The position numbers and the translations under genes were made by a program. A DNA stretch of 64,000 bases, counting the filler, from Asterionella formosa (taxonomy: Eukaryota): NCBI GenBank assembly GCA_002256025.1. It is 24 parts of 24 records of this genome, joined end to end, with 100 filler letters (N's around TTAATTAATTAA, not from the genome) between each part and the next. Parts side by side here need not be neighbours in the genome. Positions count along the whole stretch, not along the records: positions 1 to 1,143 come from NKIB01004074.1; positions 1,244 to 2,386 come from NKIB01004075.1; positions 2,487 to 3,629 come from NKIB01004076.1; positions 3,730 to 4,871 come from NKIB01004077.1; positions 4,972 to 6,113 come from NKIB01004078.1; positions 6,214 to 7,355 come from NKIB01004079.1; positions 7,456 to 8,597 come from NKIB01004080.1; positions 8,698 to 27,012 come from NKIB01004081.1; 16 more parts are not named here. The stretch is one strand, 5' to 3'. The notes under the pieces were generated by a model. That model was not told where the DNA came from, did not search any database, and saw only the letters and a list, made by a program, of their open reading frames with translations. Positions 1 through 13,107 of this stretch are shown piece by piece. Every line of letters starts with the position of its first letter. Position 1 is the first letter of the stretch.

Positions 1-264
1 GTAGAACTTTCGTTAGATCTTGTATTTTTTTAGTTCATTCAATTATGGACATTTTTTCATTATTTATAAATGATTTCGAATGCTGCTGGCGCGCGATACC
101 CGAATCCGTCGTAAAAAGGTACACAATAGCAGTACAACAATTTTTTTGTACATCGCAAACTCAGTATTTTTGCACACTGGTGGTGGATGAATGATTATCA
201 TCTTCATTAATTTTCGTCACTCACTCTTCTTGCTCACTGCACATTCAATTGCAACAATCAAACC

Positions 265-1143
265 ATGTCTGGGAGGCCAAAGACTAGGCAAGAACAGGCA
301 AGGCTGAAAGGGTCTTGTGACATACGAGGGTGAGTAAAATGCCAGTAATAATGGACGTCCAGAGTTATTGCAATGTGCTCATTTTCTTGTTTACTTGTTC
401 TGTTACTAGATAGATTCCTTTACAGCGTGGAAAACCTCCAAAGGATCAGTCTGATTTGTTTCATCAGAAACCAGTGACAGTAATAGCAAAAGCAATAACT
501 ACAATAATGAAGGCAGCGACCAAGGCCAAGAAGAGCAGCCATTCAGTGATTATAGAAGAAATGAATGATGTTGAAAATTTAGTGAGTCAATCTCTGGTTT
601 CGAAGAAGAATCATTGCGGTCGATACAAGAACTGGAACTTGCCTGGTAACATCAAAGTACTGTTGGAAGAATTGAACATCATGGGAGGGGGAATGAGGCA
701 AATATTGTGTGCACTCACCGAGTGGTTCCAAGATCAATATTGTATGATGCAAGGAAACAATTGCAGGTTGCCAATCCCAACAATAAGAATTTGGTCGGAA
801 TTGCAACCATAGAATTGCTGCGCCCACACCCAACTTGTCCTTTACCCAAATCTTTAACAACATTGTCGGAAAGAGATGAGCTTCAAGGTATAGCTTGCTT
901 CAGGGATAAAAACAACAATGGGATGATGAGGAAGGAGATGATTCTTTTAGTTATGGATTTTACTGGATGTTGTAAATGGAAGCAAGCTGAGAATCACTTG
1001 GACTTTCTGATCTGCGCTGGCAAGCTTCCTAATTTGAAGCGTGGAGGTCGAACAGTTTCTGCACAGAAGACAACTGCAAAGCATTCCCAGATAACAATTG
1101 AGCAACAGCGGCTCTGCTGGCACGGCAACATAGAATCTGTTTG
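265..1143 (+). pseudogene. Frameshifted, probably transposase-like gene fragment (3' truncated by linker)
   Basis: ATG at 265, GTGAGT donor near 330, overlapping ORFs 456-812 and 707-1143 in different frames. 'QAENHLDFLI..GKLPNLKRGGRTVSAQKTT' resembles diatom DNA-transposon proteins (recollection, not searched). Confidence 0.35.
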
Positions 1144-1243
1144 NNNNNNNNNNNNNNNNNNNNNNNNNNNNNNNNNNNNNNNNNNNNTTAATTAATTAAN
1201 NNNNNNNNNNNNNNNNNNNNNNNNNNNNNNNNNNNNNNNNNNN
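1144..1243. other. Artificial contig linker (first of 23)
   Basis: Identical 100-nt N44-TTAATTAATTAA-N44 block with stops in all six frames. Starts at 1144, 2387, 3630, 4872, 6114, 7356, 8598, 27013, 28255, 29497, 47900, 49141, 50382, 51622, 52861, 54101, 55341, 56579, 57817, 59055, 60293, 61531, 62769. Short-contig lengths fall almost monotonically from 1143 to 1138 bp. Confidence 0.99.
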
Positions 1244-1326
1244 ACAAGCGGACAATTGAGAGTCCGGAGACAAGATCTGAGGGTACCAGACCATCCAGAG
1301 TCTGAAGAAGTCGCACAAGGCGCATC

Positions 1327-2386
1327 ATGAGTGGCAAAGGAAAGTTTACCAAGAAGGCTCAAGCCAAGGGCAAGTTTCAAGCCAAGGGAGGGAGCAATAT
1401 TGCTTCTCACTCCATCAAGAAGTCAGTCAATGACTATAACTACTACCTTGGATCATCAAAGCAGGCATCTGATTATGAGACTACTACTGAGTACCTCATC
1501 AATCATATCAAGAAAGTGTTTGATTATGGCAGCGACATTGGAAGCGCACTCAAGTCATTAGAACCAATCAACACATCGGCATGGAAGCCAAGAATGCAAG
1601 TGAGCATTGCAACAACAGAAGAAGATCGCGCTGCAGAGAATCGACAATATGAGATTGAGTTCAAGGCTGACTATGACACCTACAGTAAAAGGGTACAGGC
1701 CTACGAAAATAATAATACCAAGGCATATGCATTGCTCTGGGAAAGATGCAACAAAGCCATGAAGAACAAGATTGAAGCGAGATCCGATTACAATAGGATC
1801 GAAAATAACCCAATAACATTGCTTATGGCAATTAAAGAACACGCATTAAATTTTCAGGAGAATCGATATTCAATGTCGATCATTTTAGATGCGATGAGAA
1901 CGCTTTTATTCACGAAGCAAAAGGAAGGAGAAAGTCTACAAGACTACACCAAGAGATTTCGTGTGGCACGAGATGTGCTCAAGTCACACATGGGAGGACC
2001 CATTATCCTCACCAAGTTCGTTGAAGCCATGGATGGATACAATGAGAATGACATCAAACAACGAGATAAATTTCGCGAACAAGCTTTCAGTCAATTTATG
2101 GCATATTTATATCTCGATAATGCCGATAAAGCTAAATACGGTTCAATTATGACCAGGCTGAACACTCAACAATCACTCGGCAACGATCAATACCCAAAGA
2201 CCATCACCGAATCAAATAATGTTCTCAGCAACCATCGGTTTGACGTAACAAATAAATCTGTCTACAAGAAACCAGGAGATAATGATAAAGAGAGGAAACA
2301 GAAGGATGCAGGCAGGGAAGACGAAGACGTGAACTTATCGTTCGCACAGTTAGAAGGAAAATGTTACTGCTGCGGAAAAGCAGGTC
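1327..2386 (+). mobile_element. Ty1/Copia (diatom CoDi-type) LTR retrotransposon gag ORF, 3' truncated
   Basis: Uninterrupted 353 codons with 'QKEGESLQDYTKRF', 'GNDQYPKT' and the start of a zinc knuckle (CYCCGKAG) at the contig end. Confidence 0.75.
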
Positions 2387-3729
2387 NNNNNNNNNNNNNN
2401 NNNNNNNNNNNNNNNNNNNNNNNNNNNNNNTTAATTAATTAANNNNNNNNNNNNNNNNNNNNNNNNNNNNNNNNNNNNNNNNNNNNATACATTTTATAAA
2501 ATTCAAAGGCGCTCTCGATATGGAACATCTGATATGGTTGAGATGATCATACTCGCATATACATAATTCGAAAATACTCAATGCACTATATGTCCATTGT
2601 TTTCCACGACTACGTGAACCGTGTAAGTCATAACCGCCAGGGTTATGGTGGCAAATTGTTTAAGCCCCCTTTTTGGGCGGGAGCTCTTTACAGTAAATCA
2701 TCATAATTTTAGGATCGTATGATCGTAAAACTAAAAACCAATGAAATACCAAATATTCAGGACTGTTGCTACTACCGTGGGACAATAAATCATCATAGTT
2801 CTAGGATTGTATGATCGTAAAACTAAAAACCAATAGTCGGAGTAATACCGGTAAGCGAGCAACAGAACACCATATGTTCTGGCATACCTACCCGGTAGTT
2901 ATCATGATATTGCTTTTATGAATTTAACTGGCGCGATAATTAGCCAGGCTGACGAGTTACTACCGGTACCAGGTAGTACGTCTACATCTTTTATCAGCAC
3001 CTACGGTTATGGTGGTACTATGTTTTTCCCTATTATTTTCTGTCGCAGCTCTGTACAGAGGCTGTGAAAGTCAAAGCGCTGCCCCCCGCCCCCCCTCTAT
3101 TATACCGGAAAAATTTGGTACATCACCCATTATCGTGCGTTGCAACGGCCCGCGACAGGGTGGCTGTGGTTATGGAGCAGGGGGTAGAACGCCACAACAT
3201 GACGAAGTCCCAAGGATCATGAATGGGAAGAAAACTTTGCTGCATTCTGGTGGTACCATTGGACTTGGGAAACAGCGAGGAAGGTTGTATCCCGCCGTAT
3301 CAAACGGTTTCGAATAAGAGGAGTTGGAACGAAGAGATGTGACAAGAACTGACCTGACACTTCTGTCCGACTTGGTCGATGGATGTCTCCCGCCTATTTG
3401 TGACTTCCTGCGCAACACAACAAAACTTGCCACAACGACGAATCAAACGGGTTTCGAATATGAGGAGTGGTTGGAACGAAGAGACTTGGCATAAACATGA
3501 CACTTCTGTCCGACTCGGTCGATGGAGCAAAAGAAACGACACCAGCGTCCGGTTATTTGCAAATGGCTGTACTTGATTAAAAACAAATAACCATTTTGTT
3601 AGTAACTATTAATGAGTAAATAAAAATTCNNNNNNNNNNNNNNNNNNNNNNNNNNNNNNNNNNNNNNNNNNNNTTAATTAATTAANNNNNNNNNNNNNNN
3701 NNNNNNNNNNNNNNNNNNNNNNNNNNNNN

Positions 3730-4724
3730 AGCTGAGTCTGGCCAAGTCGTTAAAGGTATGTGTTGCCCGCTTGTATCAAGTGAAGGAATCCCTTGCCAAA
3801 GAAACTCAGTGCCATTTTTCACCACCAATTTTAGTCGGAGGGTCAGTTGACCGCGCTTGTAAATTGGAAGCAATGCTTATTAATACTGCGACTCGTCGTC
3901 GAACGTTGCACGCAGAACTGATAGAGCTGGACAGCCAATTCATCGCTATGATGCGTGATCTTCAATATGCTTTGACACAGGATGAAGACCTTACCGTGAT
4001 TGGAGCTGATACTTTTAACAACGTTGGCACTGAAGAAATTAAAGTCAACACTGAAGAACGAATCAACGAATCGGTTGCCGGTACCAAATCAGATGATTTG
4101 TTCAAACCCCATCGACTGGATCGACAGGTGACGCCTCCAATTCTCCAAGAAAGTGGCCTTGTCTGCTTTTCCGTTCCGAATGTCTTTTGCGCCTTTGAAG
4201 GAGGCAGTCTTTCTCCACCTCTCTTAGCCACACCGCGAAGAAATGATCGCGAGGAAGATATTATTGCCGGAATTTTAGGTGCCTGCTCCCAGGGAGACGA
4301 AAACTCCATCCTGGACCAAGCCCTTGGTGGCATATCCTTCGGTGATGGAACCTCAAGTGTTGATCAATCCAGTCCTCACCGGCAATCTAGGAACCACCCT
4401 TCTCCTCGCGCTCTATCAGCCGGAGCAAGGGCTTGGCGAGAACGCAACGGAAGGGAGCCGTCCTTTGGGGTTGACTTTCGAACAGGATTTAGCGGCCATA
4501 TGGCTTTGACTTCGACCCATGCCCAGTCTCACGATGATATGTTTGAAAGGAAGAACACATCACGAAAGATGAGCAGCCACTCTGGTTTGAATCTATGGCG
4601 TCCGAGCCGTGGGAGCCGAAGGACTGCAGAGTCAAGTGATGCACTAAACATGCCTTCCTTTGCGTCAGCTCCATCCATCAATGAAGGGAATGATGTACCA
4701 AACGACAACAATACGAATTGCTGA
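3730..4724 (+). CDS. Hypothetical protein, 5' partial; probable intron 3756-3834
   Basis: Long open frame to the stop at 4724. The GTATGT...TTTTAG intron (79 nt) joins AESGQVVK to VGGSVDRACKLEAML in frame. No family recognised. Confidence 0.6.
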
Positions 4725-4971
4725 ATGCAACCGCAAAGATTATTTGACTTCAACGTTCTATTGTATGCATGCACAACTCCATGAGACCATATACACCTTG
4801 TCAGTCTATTGTAAGTTTACATAAACATCTTGTCTTTCATAGCTCTTACTTTTTTACCGATTCATAGTGCANNNNNNNNNNNNNNNNNNNNNNNNNNNNN
4901 NNNNNNNNNNNNNNNTTAATTAATTAANNNNNNNNNNNNNNNNNNNNNNNNNNNNNNNNNNNNNNNNNNNN

Positions 4972-5456
<485 letters not shown>

Positions 5457-5995
5457 GTTGGATGATTTCGCTTGCTTGCAAAAGCGAAACAAAGTGGGGA
5501 CTAATGGTGAGTGGACGCAGAACTGTTTTTCACACCCACCAACACTTAAAATCATTGCCTACGGCACCCTACCGGTAGGAAATTGCCGGAGTCAGCCTCA
5601 AGTAAACAAACAAGAGGTAAGAGGTAAACACTTATTGACTTGATCGACTAAAATGTGTAGATTTAATACCCCCCCGGCCATGAATGATGGCATTAGATGT
5701 ATCATACAGATTAATGTACTACCCTGGTACCTCGTACTAACTGGTACCTTGTACAAGGTACCCGTACAGTGCTCGGGAGTTGATACCCACAAGCGTCATC
5801 CTGCTCTACTTATTAGATCTGGTAATCCTGCATATGACGTGATTAACTGAATGTCCCAAGGTCACACACCCAAGCTCCTTCAGTCCTTTGCGTACAAGTG
5901 CCCTTCCTTTGAGCTACGGACGGACGCAGAATGCGTATGATTTTTTAACGAGGTAGCTACCCCTCATGCAAAAAAACTACGCAGACTACCGTATA

Positions 5996-6078
5996 CTTCA
6001 TTGTCCTGGACCCCCCAATGTACACTGCCGTGACTGAATTTGACTGATTTTACTTAAGGGGGGCCCAGGACAATGAAG
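5996..6078. repeat. 21-bp inverted repeat (hairpin or facing transposon ends)
   Basis: CTTCATTGTCCTGGACCCCCC and GGGGGGCCCAGGACAATGAAG pair with one mismatch. TTAA lies immediately before the G run. Confidence 0.7.
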
Positions 6079-7940
6079 AGATTTCCCTTATAATGGACCT
6101 AAGTAAATTTCTTNNNNNNNNNNNNNNNNNNNNNNNNNNNNNNNNNNNNNNNNNNNNTTAATTAATTAANNNNNNNNNNNNNNNNNNNNNNNNNNNNNNN
6201 NNNNNNNNNNNNNTACAATGATTTCACAATCATCACTGTGCAATGGACTTCGATTTCAAGTTCATCATGAATGAACTCAACCATGACAACAATGAGATTG
6301 GATGAAAAAATTATTTAAATGGATACATAAAATTTATTCATATGTGTATTACTTATGTACAAAATTTTACTTAAGCTAAAATTATGTTGTACTGGTAGCT
6401 ATGTATGTTGGCTACCTCATGTACCCGTAGTTTCAGGATGCACCCAGCCATAAAATAATTTGAGTCGTAACAGGGTAAAATAAGGATGAATGTCAGTTTT
6501 TATGTGGTAGCAGTAGCTTTACTCTACCAGGTAGAGTACAAGGAGGTACCCTGGTACCTAGAAGTTGCGGTAAAACACGTTTTCAACTTAAGAAAAGATT
6601 TAGCTACAGATCTCGATTACCGGACCTTCCTTTAGTCCCAAATCTACACAGGTAAGTATTTACCAATCGAAGATGGCATTCGGAACCCTCGGAATAGGTA
6701 CAATGGGACCACGTACAAAAAAATACAGTCACCCCCATGAGTATGATGTATGTGCAGGATAGCGAGAACTCAAATGAAGTTGGATTGTGCGCAGCGTTGT
6801 CTATCAAGTCGATTCGGGGCACAACAGATCATTTCGCTTCTCTGATTCCTAATCTCCACTGTTGAGGTCATTGTCTCGCTTTCGACGTTTTTTTCAGGAG
6901 AGTATTACAATAGAAAATCCAAACGGAACCAAGTTGTAAAAAGGTTCTAAAATCAATTCGGAACTTCAAAATTGTTTCGGTTCACTGTTCGTGTCTGTCC
7001 TTCCACGGGGTAATGGCGAAGATTTTTACTTTTCAAACTTCAATAGTGATTACCGGTATTTGCCTTTTATAGCAGAATATTCATTTTCGCGTGTGCCGCT
7101 CGCGCCTTTCAACCCTGGACTTGTTTGGATCACCTCATCCCGCCATTTTCCTTGAACTTCACATTGAGTTGTGCATGATTGACGAAGGAAAAAAGTCTGC
7201 TTAGGGTGATCTGTGGTATACCATTTGGCATCATCGCCGAGACGATTCGAATATAAACCTCAAGATTTTCTCGCTGCGTCAAAAGGCTCGTTCAAGGAAG
7301 CCTCACAATATCGACGTTACAATCATCAATCCACGCACCAATATCCATCGTGGCANNNNNNNNNNNNNNNNNNNNNNNNNNNNNNNNNNNNNNNNNNNNT
7401 TAATTAATTAANNNNNNNNNNNNNNNNNNNNNNNNNNNNNNNNNNNNNNNNNNNNTGAATTGGGATGGAAACGAAGATGTCAATTACCAAAAATAGTAAC
7501 AAAGCAGTCTTTACTTGACGTTGACATTGGGCTGTTTCTTCTGCTTCAACGTCAACAAGAGAGGCACTGCTGGCAAGTTCGGAATCAACCACAAGTTCAG
7601 CATTGAATAGTGTTGCAGGTTCCAGCTGGCCTAGTTCACTTCTGAATCTCATGGGTGGCAAAATCATTGTCACCATTCAAAAAGGAATCATGCTGTGGAG
7701 TGATTCTTGATCCCCGTACTGGAAATGCGCCAGGATGTGCCTGTTGTGGTGGTGATGCCACATGGAGCTGTTGATGAGAGTGCTGTGACAAAGATATCAG
7801 AAGAAAGGTTGTCATCTTGAGGCACCTCTGGTATCTCCTGCAAGGTATTGGCTCCCTGGTATTGAAAAAAAAATGGCTGATCTTGCCTCGCCGCCCAAGT
7901 ACCGGTACCTGTTACTCCAAGACTTCTGTACAACGGTGCG

Positions 7941-8032
7941 TACCTGGTACTGGTACCCTGGTACTGGTACCCTGGTACTGGTACCCTGGTACTGGTACCC
8001 TGGTACTGGTACCCTGGTATCTGGTACCAGGT
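7941..8032. repeat. Tandem array of GGTACT/GGTACCCT units
   Basis: tacctggtactggtaccctggtactggtaccctggtact... read directly from the sequence. Confidence 0.9.
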
Positions 8033-8045
8033 AACGGTAAAGCTG

Positions 8046-8597
8046 TGTTGAAATATATGGCGCTACTCTAGCGCGCTCCAGTACTGCCCTGGAATGACCT
8101 AGCTGTGTTGAAATATATAGCGCGCTCCAGTACTGCCCTGGAATGACCGGTCAAGATCTTTCTCACGCCGCTCGTCTGCAGATTCTTCTGCTATATAAAT
8201 CCTGTCTACCTATTTCCGTTTAGACATTCCTCAGACTACCTAGTCTTCGGACACCTGTCGATATCAACAGCCTAACAGACACACTCTGACACCCTCCCCT
8301 GTTGATGCTCGACATACCACATCATCCTAATGTGTATGCTCGACACATCCTTTCCTACAGGATTTCTCATAGTGCCTTCTCGTTTTCTACGTCTCTGTTT
8401 TTCTTTTTCTCTTCTCTTTTCTCTTTCTGTTCTTGCTGATGGACTCGAACTGTCGACCTCTGGTTTTCACGTTCTTCCTCGTACCACTTGTACTAACGAG
8501 CCCGCTACCATGTTGAAATATATGGCGCAACTCTAGCGCGCTCCAGTACTGCCCTGGAATGACCGGTCAAGATCTTTCTCACGCCGCTCGTCTGCAG
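8046..8597 (-). mobile_element. Miniature non-autonomous LTR retroelement (TRIM-like): 5' LTR >8597-8511 (cut by linker), PBS 8510-8498, 219-bp internal region, PPT 8300-8292, 3' LTR 8291-8106, extra partial LTR end 8046-8099
   Basis: Near-identical direct repeats with TG...CA ends. On the minus strand, TGGTAGCGGGCTC follows one LTR directly and AGGGGAGGG directly precedes the other. A diverged solo copy lies at 62877-63073. Confidence 0.8.
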
Positions 8598-8697
8598 NNN
8601 NNNNNNNNNNNNNNNNNNNNNNNNNNNNNNNNNNNNNNNNNTTAATTAATTAANNNNNNNNNNNNNNNNNNNNNNNNNNNNNNNNNNNNNNNNNNNN

Positions 8698-8894
8698 ATC
8701 CAAGGGAAAATGCATTGCTTAGCTGATACTGTCCTAGAAATAGCACCATAAGGCATTTTTCCACCATTGTTAGCCTTCTTAGCTTCTAGCTCCCTAATCA
8801 CATTGTTAAGACAAATCTGAACACTGACCAACTCTTCAGGAGACAATTTCTTTCGAGGCAAGACATTGCCTTGTCGAGGCGCTTTCGAGGTCAT
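8698..8894 (-). CDS. N-terminal fragment of a probable DNA-transposon protein
   Basis: ORF MTSKAPR...NNGGKMPYGAISRTV...FPW runs off the contig. It resembles N-termini of diatom pogo-like transposases (recollection). Confidence 0.3.
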
Positions 8895-11105
8895 GATGTT
8901 GGTATTGTGATGGGTGATGGGTGACTGTTGTGTGTTTGCATTTAATTTTTGTACTCATAATTCGGGCGCGCCAGGAATTCCTATTTGACGTTTTCCATTA
9001 GTGAATTTATCTCTTTATTATGGCGCACGAGCGAAAGCGCAATGACGTCGTAGCCATATTAAATAAATTTTAGAGGATACTAAATTAGTTTTCTAGCGGA
9101 GGAATATTCTCATAGCTGAATACGTATATAAAAGGTGATGCTTGCTCAATCGAGTAAACGTGAAAATATCCAATTTTCGCAATTTCACGTCGACAGCAAC
9201 CTTTGGGCGATAATACCTAATTAACAATGTACACAATGCAACAATACAAGTACGGAAGTATTTACTCGCTATATAAATCTGAACAACTCGTTCGTGACAA
9301 TAAATAGCGTATCTTGTAAAATGAGTTCAAACCGTGCGTTTACTCCGTTTAGCGGTGGCTTACAGTTCAAAAGTGGCCGTAGCGGTGGCTTACAGTTTTT
9401 AAGTGGTACCCTGGTACCGTACCTGCAAGTTGCGGTAATTAGTCTACAATGCTGAAACTAAAAGTTTATCTTTTGTTAGAGCATCGCCACCGCATCAACC
9501 AAATACCAAAGCCAATTGCAGTTGAAAATATAAATACACGTCACTTGGTCGAGAATTTTTTATCAATAGTCGAAATTTTCTTTTTTTTCCCCACCACATC
9601 GACCATAAATCCTATAGGCAGGTACAAGAATTGACGCAAGACAAATTGAAAAATTCAACAGGTCGTGGAAAGCTATGAACTCATCATGCATTGTATATAT
9701 TTGATGATAGTATACACAGGATGTGCCGTATAATGACTGTGTTTAAAACAATGCAAATATTCAACTATAAATACATTTAAACTTACAAATCTTTATATAT
9801 ATGTATACAGCAGCCATGGCTGATCATGTTCCTTATCATGCATACACTTTGCTCCTGAAATGATGGATCATCACATGCACATGATGACACGGAAAACGAA
9901 AGTGACAATACAATACAATGATACTTGCGGCTTAGAAGGAGTCATCATGTTTTCCTTGTCATGCATACAGTTCCTGAAAGGAAGGATCTCAAGCAACACA
10001 TGATGTGAAAAACTGAAGTGACAATACAACACGATGATACACCATGCGGCTAAGAAGGAGTGAATATGATGGAGAAGGGCGGAATCAACAAGCTGTGCAT
10101 AGTATCACAGCATGTCAAGAGCAAATGCCAGGATGATCAATTGTTGGGATTACAAATATGGAATGACTCATCCCCTTTCGGTGATTCAATAGTTCCTTTT
10201 GGATTTGTTGGCCAACCATCAATGTGGACAAAAGATATCGGTAAGTGCTACCATCTTTGGATCAATCCACAACTGTTAGAAAAACTGACACATGTGTGTT
10301 GCTTCTTTCAGGAAAATGGTAGACAAACAGTATTTGTAAGTTACAAACAGCAGCGTTGGAGCCCATCTATTGATCAATTCTTTCTTATTCAATCCTCAAC
10401 TGACACGCACATTATTTTACAGAAATATGTATCAGTTACTTCCTCAATTTGTGGTAAGTGAAGATAGAAGCGAAATGCATGTTGTCGTGTAAGCAAAACA
10501 TGAACAACTAACAATGAATTGCTTCTCTTTGTTAGTATGATTGGGACAACAAAACGGATTAAATAGTAATGGGAAATTGCGTGAATGCAAACTCAGATCC
10601 GTCAGGATTAAAAGGAAAGCAGGGGAACAAGGGCAAGGCAACCAGTACAACAACCTTAAGAATTGGATTGGGGGGAAGGTGGAAGTGAAAGCGGCACCAA
10701 CAATCATTGCGATGAGAGCATTGTAGAACATTCCGTAGCCACTAAAGATATAGAAACATAGAACCATTCTTAAATATAGTTCCAAATTTCGATCCATTTC
10801 ATCCTATTTTAGACGGTGATATCTATGAGAATTACGATCATGCATGTTAAGATAGATGTATGACAAAAGTACACACATCATAGGCCCATGTTTAACTAAT
10901 TATATGATGCAATAGTATCATAATACTTCAAGTTCAGTAAAATATTAATAAATCATCATATTTACAGGATACCTTGATCATAGTTTTGATCGAAAAACTA
11001 TCATATATGTGAAAATCCTGTGCCACTTAGCGTATGATACCCTTGATCATATATGCATGATACTTCTTATTTGCAGACGTTTGAAAAAGAATTTACTCGT
11101 CAGCA

Positions 11106-12177
11106 ATGTTCAGGAGGCGCTTCCGGATGAGACGTTTGTTGTTTGAGAAGATTCTTGATGATTTGGTTGCTTCGGATTCTTAATTTTCTCAGAAAAAGGA
11201 TGCCTTGTTGGGTTCTTTACTGGGATTTTCGCCACACCAAAAACTTACCTCGGCGCTTTGCATGTTAGCCCATGGATCATTGGCTGATCTGTTGGACGAT
11301 TTAACAAGGAGGTCAGAGTCAACAACACTCAACAATTTGCAACACTTCTATATTGCAATAATCAACAGGTATGGGAAAGAGTATCTTAGTGCTCCGACCA
11401 AAGAGGACCTTGAGATGATTCCACGTTTGCATGAAGGAAAGGGTTGGCCGGGGCTTCTTGGTTCATTGGATGTCATGCATTGGGAGTGGAAAAACTGTCC
11501 AAAAGCACACAGAGGAGCATATCAAGGAAAAGAAGGAGTGGCGAGAATTTCTTTGGAAGCTGCGGTTGATTGTAGACTTTGGTTCTGGCATGCATGGTTT
11601 GTTGGAATACCCGGGGCAAACAACGATCTTAATATTTTGGATCGTTCATCGTTTTTCCATGATTTGTCAACTGGAAGGACTCCAAAAGTACAGTTTGCCA
11701 TCAACAACCAACAACACAATCTGGGGTATTATTTGGTTGACGGAATCTACCGAAATTGGCATATATTTGTCAAGACAATTTCAGAGCCACAAAGTCCAAA
11801 ACGGAGTTTTTTCTCGATGCGTCAGGAGCACAGCGCAAGGATGTCAAGCGAGTATTTGGAGTTCTACAGGCCAGGTGGAGTATCCTTGCACTACCATGTA
11901 AACTTTGGTCAGTGGGTGCTATGAACAGTGTAATTATTGCATGCATCATTTTGCACAACATGATCATAGAGGATGAATGGGAAACTGAAATACAAATGAA
12001 TATCTATTTGACAATATTCAGGATGGATTTTTGGTTGACAATGTGAATCATGACAATGTACACACATTTCTTGATTTCAAGAGTATTAGAATGAACTACA
12101 TGAGTGAAGGTGAGCAGCACTTTAAATTGCGTAACAATTTGATTGAGCACTTGTGGATTCAAAACGAAAACAAATAG
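11106..12177 (+). pseudogene. Harbinger DDE transposase (plant transposon protein type), disrupted
   Basis: MFRRRFRMRRLLFEKI, SPHQKLTSALCMLAHG, GWPGLLGSLDVMHWEWKNCP, GANNDLNILDRS, GYYLVDGIY, RKDVKRVFGVLQARW, ACIILHNMIIEDE. In-frame stop near 11181 and frameshifts near 11200, 11825 and 11990. Degenerate 5' part near 10660-10815, with a possible intron 10816-11076. Confidence 0.9.
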
Positions 12178-12288
12178 TAGATAATAACTTGATTCTAGAT
12201 TTATATTTTTAAGTCTGTAAAGTACAAGTTCTAGATTGGCAATAATGAAAGGGTTAGTGTAATGTAATGTCACTATAATCAAACTAGT

Positions 12289-13107
12289 TTAATACTCTAA
12301 TGGTCCAGTCTCTAGAATCGAAACCTCATCATCAGTAGATGATGAATGAGAAGTTGAAATATCGATTTCAACTGAACTGCCTGACTCCAAAGAACCGGTC
12401 TTGGTTTTTTTGCGTGATGGTTTTGAACTATCCTCCATCTCCTCCATAGCTTCTTGAGCCTTCATAGCAAACCAGCTTTTAGCTTCCTCTGAATTAATTT
12501 TAAGAGAGAAAATCTTAAACAAGAATTCTTCACGTTGAGTCTTCACCTTTCTTTCCAACATCTGCACATGTTTTTGTTCAATGACAAGCTGAGCATTTGC
12601 GAGCAGCTTACTATCTTTTGCTGCTTTCGTCCCCATGGGACGCACATCTAGTAACTCAGGACTCTTCTTTGTGATTTGCTGCTGATCTCGGACATATCCA
12701 CACCTACCCTTCGTCCACTTTGGGGCATCCTTCAAAATTCGCCAACACCCTTCGAACAGGAATTCTCTACCCAGTTTCCTTCCTTTTCCCTCTAATTTAA
12801 ATAGCTCCCTGGCTTCTTCAAGGTAGTTGTCGTCTGTCCATCCTGACTTAGCAATGGACGTAACCTGTGAATAGAGGCCGCAAAACTTTTTCACATCTTG
12901 ATTGATTGTTCCCCATCGAGCAGTGCACGCTGTTGAGGTGCGATCCTTCCCATCTGGGATAAGCTCAACATAAATCTCAAATACCCTGCTCCAAAACTTG
13001 CTTGCTTTCTGATCAGTCCCAGTGATTGCGTCTTCACTTGCAGCTACCCAGGCCCGAGAGAGGATTGCTTCCTCCTCTTCCTTCTCCCACATGACACCGG
13101 AACCCAT
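12289..13107 (-). CDS. Harbinger ORF2, Myb/SANT-like (NAM-associated domain) DNA-binding protein
   Basis: WEKEEEEAILSRAWVAASEDAITGTDQKASKFWSRV, F.FEGCWRILKDAPKW, RPMGTKAAK. Convergent with the transposase inside the TIRs. Confidence 0.85.
   Translation of the reverse strand: MGSGVMWEKEEEEAILSRAWVAASEDAITGTDQKASKFWSRVFEIYVELIPDGKDRTSTACTARWGTINQDVKKFCGLYSQVTSIAKSGWTDDNYLEEARELFKLEGKGRKLGREFLFEGCWRILKDAPKWTKGRCGYVRDQQQITKKSPELLDVRPMGTKAAKDSKLLANAQLVIEQKHVQMLERKVKTQREEFLFKIFSLKINSEEAKSWFAMKAQEAMEEMEDSSKPSRKKTKTGSLESGSSVEIDISTSHSSSTDDEVSILETGPLEY

Noticed and set aside
3299..3528. Two ~85-bp degenerate direct repeats
   Set aside because: Real, but only two diverged copies with no ORF, TIR or other context.
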